Under the pieces are notes generated by a model, which worked only from the letters and a program-made list of their open reading frames with translations, did not search any database and was not told the origin of the DNA. A program made the position numbers and the translations under genes. Shown here piece by piece: positions 9,421 to 19,768 of a stretch of 64,000 nucleotides of DNA. Every line of letters starts with the position of its first letter. Within the stretch, counting starts at the first letter, position 1. The DNA is from an uncultured Acidimicrobiales bacterium (lineage in GTDB: Bacteria; Actinomycetota; Acidimicrobiia; Acidimicrobiales; Aldehydirespiratoraceae), in NCBI GenBank assembly GCA_951812975.1, contig CATOTC010000004.1, forward strand, positions 3,636-67,635. Reading direction: 5' to 3'.

Positions 9421-10322
9421 GAGTCTCCCTTTAGCATCATCAACTCCACAAGATGCGTGCGCTTGGTCGGTGTCGCCCTCCGTTCGATGTCGGCGTGGCG
9501 CTCCCGGATCATACCGTCCGCCAAGCTGTCGGTGAAAAGCCAGAACTGGTTCGTCTTGATCGCGTCGACGACCTGCTCTGCGACTCTCGCCGGGTCCATC
9601 TGTGCGACATACAGGTCCGCGATGGCAGAGGAGGTGTCTCCCAGCGCCGTGCCGTCCAGATCGTCCCCCGCATCAAGGTCCAGATCAGGGCCAGGGTCGC
9701 GGTACCGCTCCTGGCGGTTCCGTTCGCTGTTGATGATGTTGGTGGCAACGAATCCAGGGCACAGACAGGTGACCCCGACACCGGTGTCACCCTCGAGCAT
9801 CTCCTGTTGCAGCGTCTCGCTGAAACCGACAACGGCATGTTTGCTGGTGTTGTAGGCGCCCATGCCCGTGGACGTGAGGTGACCGGCGATCGAGGCGGTG
9901 TTGATCACATGGCCTTCGCCGCGCTCGATCAAGGCAGGCAGAAAGGCCTTCACGCCGTAGATGACACCCCAGAGGTTCACTGCCAGGGTCCACTCCCAAG
10001 CCTTGAGATCGACCTCGGAAATCGAAGCGCCGCCGGCGACGCCTGCGTTGTTCATCACAACATCCGCCAGCCCGAACTCCTCGGTGCAGCGTGCCCGCAG
10101 AGCGTCCACCGACTCCCAATCGGAAACGTCGCAGACAACGCCGACAGCGACACCGCCGGCCGACTCGATCTCAGCGACGGTTGCGTCGAGTGGCGGCTGC
10201 TCAATGTCGGCGACCACGACTTTCATCGACTCTGCCGCCAGCGCCAGCGCCACAGCCCTGCCGATACCGCTGGCTCCACCGGTGACCACCGCGACCTTGC
10301 CGTTCAGGTGCTCCATGATCAA
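9417..10322 (-). CDS. short-chain dehydrogenase/reductase (classical SDR)
   Basis: TGGASGIG cofactor motif and YNTSK catalytic motif. The stop overlaps the next gene's start. Confidence 0.9.
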   Translation of the reverse strand: MIMEHLNGKVAVVTGGASGIGRAVALALAAESMKVVVADIEQPPLDATVAEIESAGGVAVGVVCDVSDWESVDALRARCTEEFGLADVVMNNAGVAGGASISEVDLKAWEWTLAVNLWGVIYGVKAFLPALIERGEGHVINTASIAGHLTSTGMGAYNTSKHAVVGFSETLQQEMLEGDTGVGVTCLCPGFVATNIINSERNRQERYRDPGPDLDLDAGDDLDGTALGDTSSAIADLYVAQMDPARVAEQVVDAIKTNQFWLFTDSLADGMIRERHADIERRATPTKRTHLVELMMLKGDS

Positions 10323-11203
10323 CTCGCAGTCGCTGAGGGAGCGAGCGCGGCCAGCACCGCATCGTCGACGGCACCCTGGCCGGAGTCGGGATGCAGCGGA
10401 TGGATGCAGACGTGCGACGCGCCCGCCTCTGCGTGTTCGGTCAGGCGGGCCTCGATCGCTTCGACATCACCCCAGGCCACCAGACCATCCACGAGCCGGG
10501 GGCTGAGAGCGTCGATGTCGTCTTCGGAGAAACCCATCTTCAACCAGGCGTTGCGGTATCCCGGTGCCCGGGAATAGAACTTCAAGACCTTCGCCCCAGT
10601 TTCGCGGGCCACCGAAGCGTCGCTGGTGAGCATCACCTTCTGTTCCACGTAGAGACCTGATTCGGGTCCGATGATTGCGCGGGTCCATGCCGTGTGTTCC
10701 GGTGTGGTGTTGTAGGAATGGGCCCCCGCACAGCGTTGTGCTGCGAGTTCCAGCATCCTCGGGCCGAGCGCGGCGAGCACCCGAGGCACCTGTTGTGGAG
10801 GCGCGACCGAGGTGTACAGAGCGCTGTCCATCGCCTCGAGGTAGTCGCGCATGAACGACAACGGCTTGTCGTAGGAAATGCCGCGTACCCGCTGCACAAT
10901 CGCCGGAGTCGAGACCCCCAACCCCAGAATCATGCGCCCACCGGTCTGCTCGGCCACGGTGTTGGCACCCTGGAGCATCACGCCCGGATGCCGGTTGTAG
11001 ATGTTGGCGATGCCCGACGCCAACATCAGAGTGGAGGTCTGTGCACCGACCGAAGCCAACTGGGCGAAAGGGTCGCGTCCGAAAGTCTCGCCGACCCAGA
11101 GCGTCGAGTAACCGAGCTCCTCGACCCGCCTGCCGAGTTCGGCCACCTGCGAGCCCGTCAGCCCCTCAGGAGCGACCCAGACACCTCTGTCACATGAAGT
11201 CAT
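10319..11203 (-). CDS. luciferase-like (LLM class) oxidoreductase, probably F420-dependent
   Basis: 294 aa with an LLM-type TIM-barrel sequence pattern (LWVGETFGRDPF, ILGLGVS). F420 dependence is inferred from the family and the cofD/cofE genes in the window. Confidence 0.7.
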   Translation of the reverse strand: MTSCDRGVWVAPEGLTGSQVAELGRRVEELGYSTLWVGETFGRDPFAQLASVGAQTSTLMLASGIANIYNRHPGVMLQGANTVAEQTGGRMILGLGVSTPAIVQRVRGISYDKPLSFMRDYLEAMDSALYTSVAPPQQVPRVLAALGPRMLELAAQRCAGAHSYNTTPEHTAWTRAIIGPESGLYVEQKVMLTSDASVARETGAKVLKFYSRAPGYRNAWLKMGFSEDDIDALSPRLVDGLVAWGDVEAIEARLTEHAEAGASHVCIHPLHPDSGQGAVDDAVLAALAPSATAS

Positions 11204-11291
11204 CCGGCGAATCTAGTGCGGTCTACACCGGAACGTCGGTGAAGACACTAGTGGCGCTGCTCACACAGCGGATTCCTGCTTGTGCTTGCGC

Positions 11292-12029
11292 TCAGTCGAG
11301 GAGGCCTCCCTCAGCTGCTCTGCGAATGCCCTCCTTGCGATCCGGCACGCCGAGCTTGTGCCACAACTGCGCCAGCAATCGGTACATGGAACGCTCCGAG
11401 TAGCCCAAGTCTGCGGCCATATCTACAATCGCTGTTCCGGCGTTCAGTTGGATCAACATCTGACGCTCGACATCATCAAGCGCCGGTAGTGAGAGCTCCA
11501 CATGGTCGCGAACGGTGACTGCCGCACGCTCCAGTCGCCTCGCGCCTTCGCTGGTGGTCAACTGTGCCAACAGATCGAATCGGATTACCATCGGCAAGGA
11601 CTCGCCGATAGCAAATTCTCCCGAGGACGAGACGTCAGGCTTGGACCTAACGGACGCGAGAGCCGCATAGTGGGCCGACATGGCAGAACCCGCCGAGATC
11701 ATGTAACTCCTGACGATCATCCAGTCCTCCACAAGGTGCCCCGGGACCGTCTCGCCCGCCATCACCTCTGCGCTGTCACGGAAGAGATCTCTGACGCAGA
11801 GCTGGTACAAAGCTGGAAGAGACGTTGCGTAGACGCGTACCGCATCCCGGTGATATTCGGCTGTCCAAGGCAGTTCGTGGTGACCCTCAACTACACCTAG
11901 CTTGTGCGCCTCGAGGATCGCCCTCGCAAACCCGACGATGCGCCCACAAGCCACGCGCACGAACGAACGCGGCCGATCCCCGACGAACCGAGCAACATCA
12001 TGGACAGCAAATGTACCCGTCATAGACAA
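11292..12029 (-). CDS. LuxR/GerE-type HTH transcriptional regulator
   Basis: C-terminal GerE-like HTH (LDDVERQMLIQLNAGTAIVDMAADLGYSERSMYRLL). The N-terminal 170 aa is not recognisable. G+C is lower than the flanks. Confidence 0.7.
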   Translation of the reverse strand: MSMTGTFAVHDVARFVGDRPRSFVRVACGRIVGFARAILEAHKLGVVEGHHELPWTAEYHRDAVRVYATSLPALYQLCVRDLFRDSAEVMAGETVPGHLVEDWMIVRSYMISAGSAMSAHYAALASVRSKPDVSSSGEFAIGESLPMVIRFDLLAQLTTSEGARRLERAAVTVRDHVELSLPALDDVERQMLIQLNAGTAIVDMAADLGYSERSMYRLLAQLWHKLGVPDRKEGIRRAAEGGLLD

Positions 12030-12060
12030 TAAACGTATCCGTCACTCAACCTGTCATGAC

Positions 12061-12114
12061 CTGCCAGGACGTTGGCATACGTCTGCCACAAGTCTGGCAG
12101 TTCATGGCAGACGT
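12061..12114. promoter_or_regulatory. candidate operator cluster in the divergent LuxR/metzincin promoter region
   Basis: TGCCA-N6-TGGCA occurs twice (12062-12077, 12084-12099). There is also a 10-bp perfect inverted repeat ACGTCTGCCA (12079-12088) / TGGCAGACGT (12105-12114). Confidence 0.4.
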
Positions 12115-12227
12115 CGCCCGGCACCTGCCTGATAGTCATGTGAAATGCACGAGAAGGGAACCAGGCGGTTGATTCTGAGGGTACTCGCAGCCACGCGGTG
12201 CATCACTAGAAATGGGGCGTAAGCAGC

Positions 12228-12848
12228 ATGAACTTTGATCAAGATATCTTCCGGCGTCGCTCCAAGAGTTCCGGAAAGCCCCGATGGCGTGTCGGCGTCG
12301 GCGTATTAGCCGTCCTGGCCCTCTCCCTGTCAGCCGGGAGTGTGGCGCAAGCCAACAACTTCGGGAGTCGCTATGCCGACAACGCTGATCACTATTTTGC
12401 GCGCGTAAACCTGACCTACGATGGGATCACCGCCTCTAACTGGGGCATCGCTGAACTTGACTCGAGTACCGATATCGAAACCTTCGATGACGTCACATGT
12501 AAGAGCCACACAGACATCTGTTTCTATGATGCAGATTACGAGACGACGCCATGGATCAAGTCTGTGTCATGGTGGAATACGCATAACGGTCTCGCGCACT
12601 GCAATCGAGGTTCGGGCCTGTTCGGACTAGGCAACCGTTGCGATCGATGGTACGTGCTGTTCGACATTGCCGACATGAACGACATGACTACGTCGGAAGT
12701 GCAGGAACTCGGTTGCCACGAAGTCGGCCATACCGTCGGACTCAAACACACTGACAACGATGATTCATGCATGAAGACTGACGCGGCCGGTCGATCAAGC
12801 AAGGTCCTGAGTCAGCATGACATAGGCCATGTGGACAATCGATACTGA
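12228..12848 (+). CDS. secreted zinc metalloprotease (metzincin-type)
   Basis: Signal peptide (..LSLSAGSVAQA), HEVGHTVGLKH = HExxHxxGxxH, downstream SCM Met-turn candidate. About 52% G+C in a spot count. Confidence 0.75.
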   Translation: MNFDQDIFRRRSKSSGKPRWRVGVGVLAVLALSLSAGSVAQANNFGSRYADNADHYFARVNLTYDGITASNWGIAELDSSTDIETFDDVTCKSHTDICFYDADYETTPWIKSVSWWNTHNGLAHCNRGSGLFGLGNRCDRWYVLFDIADMNDMTTSEVQELGCHEVGHTVGLKHTDNDDSCMKTDAAGRSSKVLSQHDIGHVDNRY

Positions 12849-12875
12849 CCTATAGGTACCAATAGGAGGGATGCG

Positions 12876-13622
12876 ATGAATTTCTCAAGATGCGTCACAA
12901 GGATTGCCGCTCTGGTCCTGGTAACTGCCTCTCTCGGGGTCGGTTGCAGCAGCGGCAACAACACGGCGAGCCGAAGCACAGCCACACGTCTTGAGCCAGG
13001 AGTGGAGATGTTCTCAGCGGCTCTGGGCGCCGGCTGGTTCGCAGACTCTTCGAGCACAGCCCAAAGCCTTGAGGACTATGTCGAAGCTTCGGACGCTGTG
13101 GTTGAAGCCCGACTCATCGGCGTGAGCGAGGGTCCGGTGATACCGGTCGACGAGCAACCGGGCAGCCCAACTATTTCGTTCGTGTATGTCCGATTCCGGC
13201 CGGTAGATACCCTGGCCGGCGAACTGCGTCCCGACGCAGCAACCGAAGTCCGCATCGAGTACCCGAGGCCCCCAGGTACCACAGCCGCGGACCTGGAGGA
13301 GTTGATACCGGGACAACCCAACTCCATACTGTTCGTTGTGGACCCGAGGGCGACGCTGACCGGCTTCTCGGTGCCGCAGGTCTACCTAGCGACGGGGGAT
13401 GCCGGAATAGTGCTCGAGAGCGACAGCCAGAACTCACCACTGGTGGCTCTCGCCAACGACGAACCCGTGAATACCGGCACAGCCTTCGGGCACGCGACGC
13501 TCTCTGGACTCCGCGGCGCGATCGCCGTCACCAGCGAAGACCACAGCACGCTGCCACCAGCCAACTCGGTCGGCCCCGGGTCCTCGGACACCAGCGGTGG
13601 CACCCGGAATGTCTTCGAATAG
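12876..13622 (+). CDS. lipoprotein, unknown function
   Basis: Lipobox LGVGC after a hydrophobic h-region. No recognisable domain. Confidence 0.6.
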   Translation: MNFSRCVTRIAALVLVTASLGVGCSSGNNTASRSTATRLEPGVEMFSAALGAGWFADSSSTAQSLEDYVEASDAVVEARLIGVSEGPVIPVDEQPGSPTISFVYVRFRPVDTLAGELRPDAATEVRIEYPRPPGTTAADLEELIPGQPNSILFVVDPRATLTGFSVPQVYLATGDAGIVLESDSQNSPLVALANDEPVNTGTAFGHATLSGLRGAIAVTSEDHSTLPPANSVGPGSSDTSGGTRNVFE

Positions 13623-14091
13623 CGTCCTTCGGCTTCTGAGGTGCGTGTTGTGCCTTGCATTGGCTCTGACGACTGTGGGTTGCTCCGAAGATGCAGACAG
13701 AGCCGCTTGTGAACGGGATCTTGAGGAACTGGAAGTTAACTATTCCGTTCAGTGGCAGAACAGCAACGGCGATTGTGTCGCAGACGTCTCAGGCTCAATC
13801 ATGTTCGAGTTCCAATGCGAGCCTGGAAACCCCTACTATTTCAGGCTCGGACTCACCGAAGACGGGACGCCAGCGCCGTTCAAGCGATCCGATGTAAGGA
13901 ATCTGTACTACCAGAGAACGGACTCAACCCTCGCAGAATTGCCACCGGACGCCATACACACGGGACTGTTCAGCAGAGGCCGAGAACTCTTCGTCGCGCA
14001 GGACCGAGAGTCGGCTTATGTGCGACACGAACAAGGGATTGAGATTTGGCAAAGACACAACAACCTTTCCTGTTCGTCCCCAAATCCTTGA
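13609..14091 (+). CDS. small Cys-containing lipoprotein, unknown function
   Basis: Lipobox TTVGC. The start is ambiguous (13597 or ATG 13609) and overlaps the upstream stop. Confidence 0.55.
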   Translation: MSSNSVLRLLRCVLCLALALTTVGCSEDADRAACERDLEELEVNYSVQWQNSNGDCVADVSGSIMFEFQCEPGNPYYFRLGLTEDGTPAPFKRSDVRNLYYQRTDSTLAELPPDAIHTGLFSRGRELFVAQDRESAYVRHEQGIEIWQRHNNLSCSSPNP

Positions 14092-14224
14092 ACCGGCAGA
14101 CCAAGCGTTCACGGATCCCCGGTAGGTACACCAGCGACGACTTCGCACTGCGCCACGGCGACACGCGCAGAATCGACAGTCCGGCCATGGCGGTCCGACC
14201 AACGGCGACTCGACGAAAACCCGG

Positions 14225-15667
<1,443 letters not shown>

Positions 15668-15774
15668 TGCACAACACTCCTAAAGAAACAACGGGTATCA
15701 GCGGGCGGGGGTCGACTGACACCATCTCTGCGCAGCCCGCACGCCCAGCCTACCGGCCCTAGGGCCTGCCGGCT

Positions 15775-16962
15775 CTATGGTCCGGAGTCGGTGCCGGGAC
15801 CAACCCCCGCGCGGAACACGGTTGCGGTGCCGGCGAGGTTTGCAGGGCCCTCGGAGGCCGCCATCCAGGCCGCTGCGCCCCGTCCGAGGGGGTGAGAACC
15901 GGCTCGACTCTCTAAACGCGCATTGCCTGAAGTACACAGCAGGATGGCGGGGCCCGGCTCGATCCGTGCATGGCCGTTGAGGTCGATCCTCTGCAACGAG
16001 AACTCATCGACCGGACTCCGGTAGCTGACCACCCCGTCAACAGCTGACGGCCGCTGAACGTCAACTGTCATCGGGTCGGTTTCGACAATGTCGAGCAGCG
16101 TCCCCACATCCACGTGCTTGCTCGTCAGACCGGCGCGCACAACATTGTCGGAACTGGCCATCACCTCCACACCCGTGCCCCGCAGATAGCAGTGCAGGTT
16201 GCCCGGTCCGAAGAAGATCGACTCCCCCGGCTGCAGCGTCACCAGATTCAACAGCAGAGCGATCAGCACAGCGGGGTCCTGGCGATACCGGCGGCCGAGA
16301 TCGCCCACCACCTGCCGTTCCGCTGCGAACGGCAGCGAGGACCGCGCGGCGCACGCAGCAACCACAGACCCCACCAGATCCGCAGTCGCCTGTCGATCCT
16401 GCCGCAGCAGCCACTCCAGAAGGCCGCCGATACCATTCGGCGTCGGCTCCGCAGTGAGCCTCGCCCTGATCGGATCAAGAGCAACAGTCGGGACAGTCCC
16501 AAGCAGTTCAAGCGTCTCGGTCGGTTCACGGAATCCGCACAGAGCGCTGAACTCGCTGAGCGCGCAGATCAACTCCGGTTTGTGGTGCCGATCACGGAAA
16601 CAGCGGTGCTCGCCGTCCCGGTCGATTCCCAGGGACTCCTCGCGTTCGTATCCCCTTCGGGCCTGCTCGGTCGACGGATGCGTCTGCAACGAGAGCGGGG
16701 CGTCGGCGGCCAGCACCTTCAACAGGAAGGGAAGCGAACCGAAACGGTCTGCCACCGTGGCACCCAGCGCCGCGCGGCGGTCGGCGTCGATGTGTTCATC
16801 AAGACGGACACCTGACCCGCGCAACTCCGCCGACCCTGCCCAATGCGCTCCGAACCACACCTCCGCAACGGGCTCACCTGTCCCACGCCGGCCCAGCAGC
16901 TCAGGGATCGCGGTCGGCGAGCCCCAGTCGTAGTTCTTCAGCGCCCCGTCGATCAACACCAT
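15775..16962 (-). CDS. manA: mannose-6-phosphate isomerase, class I
   Basis: PLSLQTHPS metal-site block and cupin architecture; 395 aa. Confidence 0.85.
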   Translation of the reverse strand: MVLIDGALKNYDWGSPTAIPELLGRRGTGEPVAEVWFGAHWAGSAELRGSGVRLDEHIDADRRAALGATVADRFGSLPFLLKVLAADAPLSLQTHPSTEQARRGYEREESLGIDRDGEHRCFRDRHHKPELICALSEFSALCGFREPTETLELLGTVPTVALDPIRARLTAEPTPNGIGGLLEWLLRQDRQATADLVGSVVAACAARSSLPFAAERQVVGDLGRRYRQDPAVLIALLLNLVTLQPGESIFFGPGNLHCYLRGTGVEVMASSDNVVRAGLTSKHVDVGTLLDIVETDPMTVDVQRPSAVDGVVSYRSPVDEFSLQRIDLNGHARIEPGPAILLCTSGNARLESRAGSHPLGRGAAAWMAASEGPANLAGTATVFRAGVGPGTDSGP

Positions 16963-17127
16963 GGTCGGATCCCAGACTCGTCAACCGGTGAAGTCATGCG
17001 CCAGCCCGGAGCTGACAGCCGCGGCCAGCACCAACAGGTCCAGCATCTGGCGCGACAGTCACCTCACGCACTTGGTTCGGAAGACGGCTCACCGCACCGA
17101 GCAGTCCCAAAGAAGGCATGGCTGCAC

Positions 17128-17367
17128 TCAGTTCCGGGAAGTCTCCGCGACCCCGTCCGTCTCGGCTTTGGCGAGCAGGCGGGAATGCTCCTGTGAATTC
17201 ACATCGCTTGCTTCGTCGGGCAGCATCACCGGAATGTCACCCTCATGGATGCGATAGAGCTTCTGAAGGCGCGGGTTGTACAGCACTGATTCGTCGGCGA
17301 AATAGAGCAGCGGGCCGCGGTCGATGGGGCAGACCAGAATCTCAAGGAGGCGGATATCGAGGGTCAT
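17128..17367 (-). CDS. Trm112-family small protein
   Basis: 79 aa with LLEILVCPIDRGPL and GDIPVMLPDEA signatures. Confidence 0.75.
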   Translation of the reverse strand: MTLDIRLLEILVCPIDRGPLLYFADESVLYNPRLQKLYRIHEGDIPVMLPDEASDVNSQEHSRLLAKAETDGVAETSRN

Positions 17368-17409
17368 GTGTCCCAGTCAACCAGAAAACTGCCCGCACAC
17401 AGACAACGG

Positions 17410-18753
17410 TCAGGCGAACAGGGCGAGGACTTCATTGACACGAACGTCAACCTCGGCTTGAGTGCCTGCTTCGAGGTTGAGACGAAGCAGCGGCTCGGTG
17501 TTCGAGGGACGCAGATTGAACCACCAGTCACCGAGATCGACGGTCAGCCCGTCCATTCGGTCCACCGAGGCGCCGGCGAAGGCACGGGCAACCCTTTCGA
17601 TCACCGCGGCGGTGTCGTCCACCCTGGTGTTGATCTCTCCCGACGCGGCATAGCGACCGAGCGACGACACGAGGTCCGAGAGCCCGGCTGGATGCCGCCC
17701 CAACGCTTCAAGCACTACGAGCGCGGCGATCAGCCCACTGTCGGCGCCAAAGTTGTCACGGAAGTAGTAGTGCCCCGAATGTTCACCACCGAAAGCGGCC
17801 CCGGTCTGGAGCATCACCTGCTTGATGAACGAATGGCCGACCCGCGTTCGAACGGGTGTTCCACCGCCCTCGGCAATGACCTCGGGCACCGTCTTGGAGC
17901 AGATCAGGTTGTGGACGATGGTCGCGCCCGGCTGACGCTCCAGGATGGAGCGGGCAACCAGCGCGGTGGTCAACGACCCGGACACAGCCCTGGCGTTCTC
18001 ATCGACGAGGAACACCCGGTCTGCGTCGCCGTCGAAAGCCAGACCGATGTCGGCACCGTCGCGCAGAACCCTGGCCATCAAGTCTCTGCAGTTCTCGGGC
18101 TGGATCGGGTCAGCCGGGTGGTTCGGGAACGTGCCGTCGAGTTCGGGATATATGTGGTCGAGTTCAAATGGCAGCCCAGCGAACACTGCAGGGACCACCA
18201 GACCGCCCATTCCGTTGGCCGTGTCGGCCACCACCCGCAGAGGTTTCAGGGCATCGAGGTCGACGAAGGAGTGCACATGGGGGACGTATCCAGCAAGCAG
18301 GTCAAGCTGCGTGAGCCGCCCCCGCGTGCCGACAGGATCGGGGCCCGAAATCGCCATCTGCTTGATCTCGGAAAGTCCCGAATCAGAGCCGATGGGCGCT
18401 GCGCGGGCGAGGCACATCTTGATTCCGTTGTAGCCCGCCGGGTTGTGCGAAGCCGTGAAGACGGCCCCTGGGACTCCCAGGTGACCCGACCCGTAGTACA
18501 GCATGTCGGTGGCGCACAGACCCACATCGACCACGTCGAGCCCGTGGTCCATCGCCCCCTGCGCGAAGGCAGCCGCCATCTCCTCGCCGTCAGGCCGCAT
18601 GTCGCGCCCCACGAGAATCGAGGTATCGCCCCGGTTCCGGACGAATCGGGCGAACGCCCCGCCGATGGCTCGGGATCCGTCAGTGTCGAACTGGTCCGGG
18701 ACGGTGCCGCGAATATCGTAAGCCTTGAAGATCGTGTCGAAGTCTGTGCTCAC
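17410..18753 (-). CDS. manB: phosphomannomutase/phosphoglucomutase
   Basis: Phosphoserine loop TASHNPAGYNGIK and metal loop FDGDADR. Confidence 0.92.
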   Translation of the reverse strand: MSTDFDTIFKAYDIRGTVPDQFDTDGSRAIGGAFARFVRNRGDTSILVGRDMRPDGEEMAAAFAQGAMDHGLDVVDVGLCATDMLYYGSGHLGVPGAVFTASHNPAGYNGIKMCLARAAPIGSDSGLSEIKQMAISGPDPVGTRGRLTQLDLLAGYVPHVHSFVDLDALKPLRVVADTANGMGGLVVPAVFAGLPFELDHIYPELDGTFPNHPADPIQPENCRDLMARVLRDGADIGLAFDGDADRVFLVDENARAVSGSLTTALVARSILERQPGATIVHNLICSKTVPEVIAEGGGTPVRTRVGHSFIKQVMLQTGAAFGGEHSGHYYFRDNFGADSGLIAALVVLEALGRHPAGLSDLVSSLGRYAASGEINTRVDDTAAVIERVARAFAGASVDRMDGLTVDLGDWWFNLRPSNTEPLLRLNLEAGTQAEVDVRVNEVLALFA

Positions 18754-18823
18754 ACCACGAAACTAAACCGCGAAATCCCTTTTGGGACATTCGACTGCCG
18801 GCCGCCCGACAGATTGCTGGGCG

Positions 18824-19723
18824 TCAGTACTTCTCAGGTACGAAAGTCTGATCCGACATCGGCGGCCGCACATAGCCCACAGCCGACTGTTTCTCGGGCA
18901 GCTCAACTTCCTCCCACGGGACCGGTTCGTAGGGGATCTGCGACAGGAGGTGAGAAATGCAGTTCAGTCTGGCCCTCTTCTTGGAGTCGGCGTTGACCAC
19001 ATACCAGGGGGCCTGCTTGATGTCGGTGTGGGCGAACAGCGTGTCCTTGGCCTTCGAGAAGTCCACCCAGCGCTCTCTGCTCTGCAGATCAACCGGTGAC
19101 AGCTTCCAGCGCCTCAACGGATCGGAGATTCGACTCTGGAAGCGGGCCTCCTGTTCTGCGTCGCTGACCGAGAACCAGTACTTGATCAAGATGATCCCCG
19201 AGCGGACGAGCATCCGCTCGAACTCGGGGCAGGACCGCAGAAACTCGCGGTACTCCTCATCAGTACAGAAGCCCATCACAGGCTCAACCAGACCGCGGTT
19301 GTACCAGCTTCGGTCGAACAGCACCATCTCCCCCGCCGCCGGCAACTCGGCCACATAACGCTGGAACCACCACTGGGACTTCTCCCGGTCGCTCGGCGTG
19401 CCGAGCGCCACGACCCGAACGACCCGGGGGTTGAGCCGTTCAGTTATCCGCTTGATCACTCCACCCTTGCCAGCGGCGTCACGTCCTTCGAAGACGACAA
19501 CCACCTTGAGGCCCTTGTGGCGGATCCACCGCTGCAATAGCACCAGCTCCTCCTGTAGGAGGGCCAGCTCGCGGTTGTAGACCTTCGTCTTGATCTTCTT
19601 CGGTATCGCAGGTTCCGATTTGAGGGACTCCATCTCTATGGGAGTCCGCTGCTCGTCCATGCTGCCAAGACTAGCCGAGGACAGGATCGCAGTCTCGGGT
19701 GAAGACGGATGAGTTCGGCTCAC
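18824..19723 (-). CDS. ppk2: polyphosphate kinase 2
   Basis: PPK2 Walker-like FEGRDAAGKGG and FDRSWYNR. An alternative start at M22 (19660) is possible. Confidence 0.9.
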   Translation of the reverse strand: MSRTHPSSPETAILSSASLGSMDEQRTPIEMESLKSEPAIPKKIKTKVYNRELALLQEELVLLQRWIRHKGLKVVVVFEGRDAAGKGGVIKRITERLNPRVVRVVALGTPSDREKSQWWFQRYVAELPAAGEMVLFDRSWYNRGLVEPVMGFCTDEEYREFLRSCPEFERMLVRSGIILIKYWFSVSDAEQEARFQSRISDPLRRWKLSPVDLQSRERWVDFSKAKDTLFAHTDIKQAPWYVVNADSKKRARLNCISHLLSQIPYEPVPWEEVELPEKQSAVGYVRPPMSDQTFVPEKY

Positions 19724-19768
19724 CAGCGAAGATCTTGTCCGGTGAACTCACCGGCCTGAAGTGAAAGG

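Noticed and set aside
11204-14224. Calling the lower-GC islet a mobile element or genomic island
   Set aside because: There is no integrase, transposase, tRNA target or flanking direct repeat. Only the compositional anomaly is reported as a finding.
15668-15774. SAH riboswitch upstream of ahcY
   Set aside because: The leader shows only a GGCCCTAGGGCC palindrome and weak stems. I could not recognise the conserved SAH-element core. A covariance-model scan would be decisive.
17368-18996. 542-aa ORF on the plus strand
   Set aside because: It is antisense to the phosphomannomutase and ppk2 genes, and no motifs are present.
19739-19754. 16-nt near-palindrome ccggtgaactcaccgg upstream of ppk2
   Set aside because: It has 7-bp arms with a 2-nt centre. 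It is too short and isolated to call an operator and cannot form a hairpin. Noted only.
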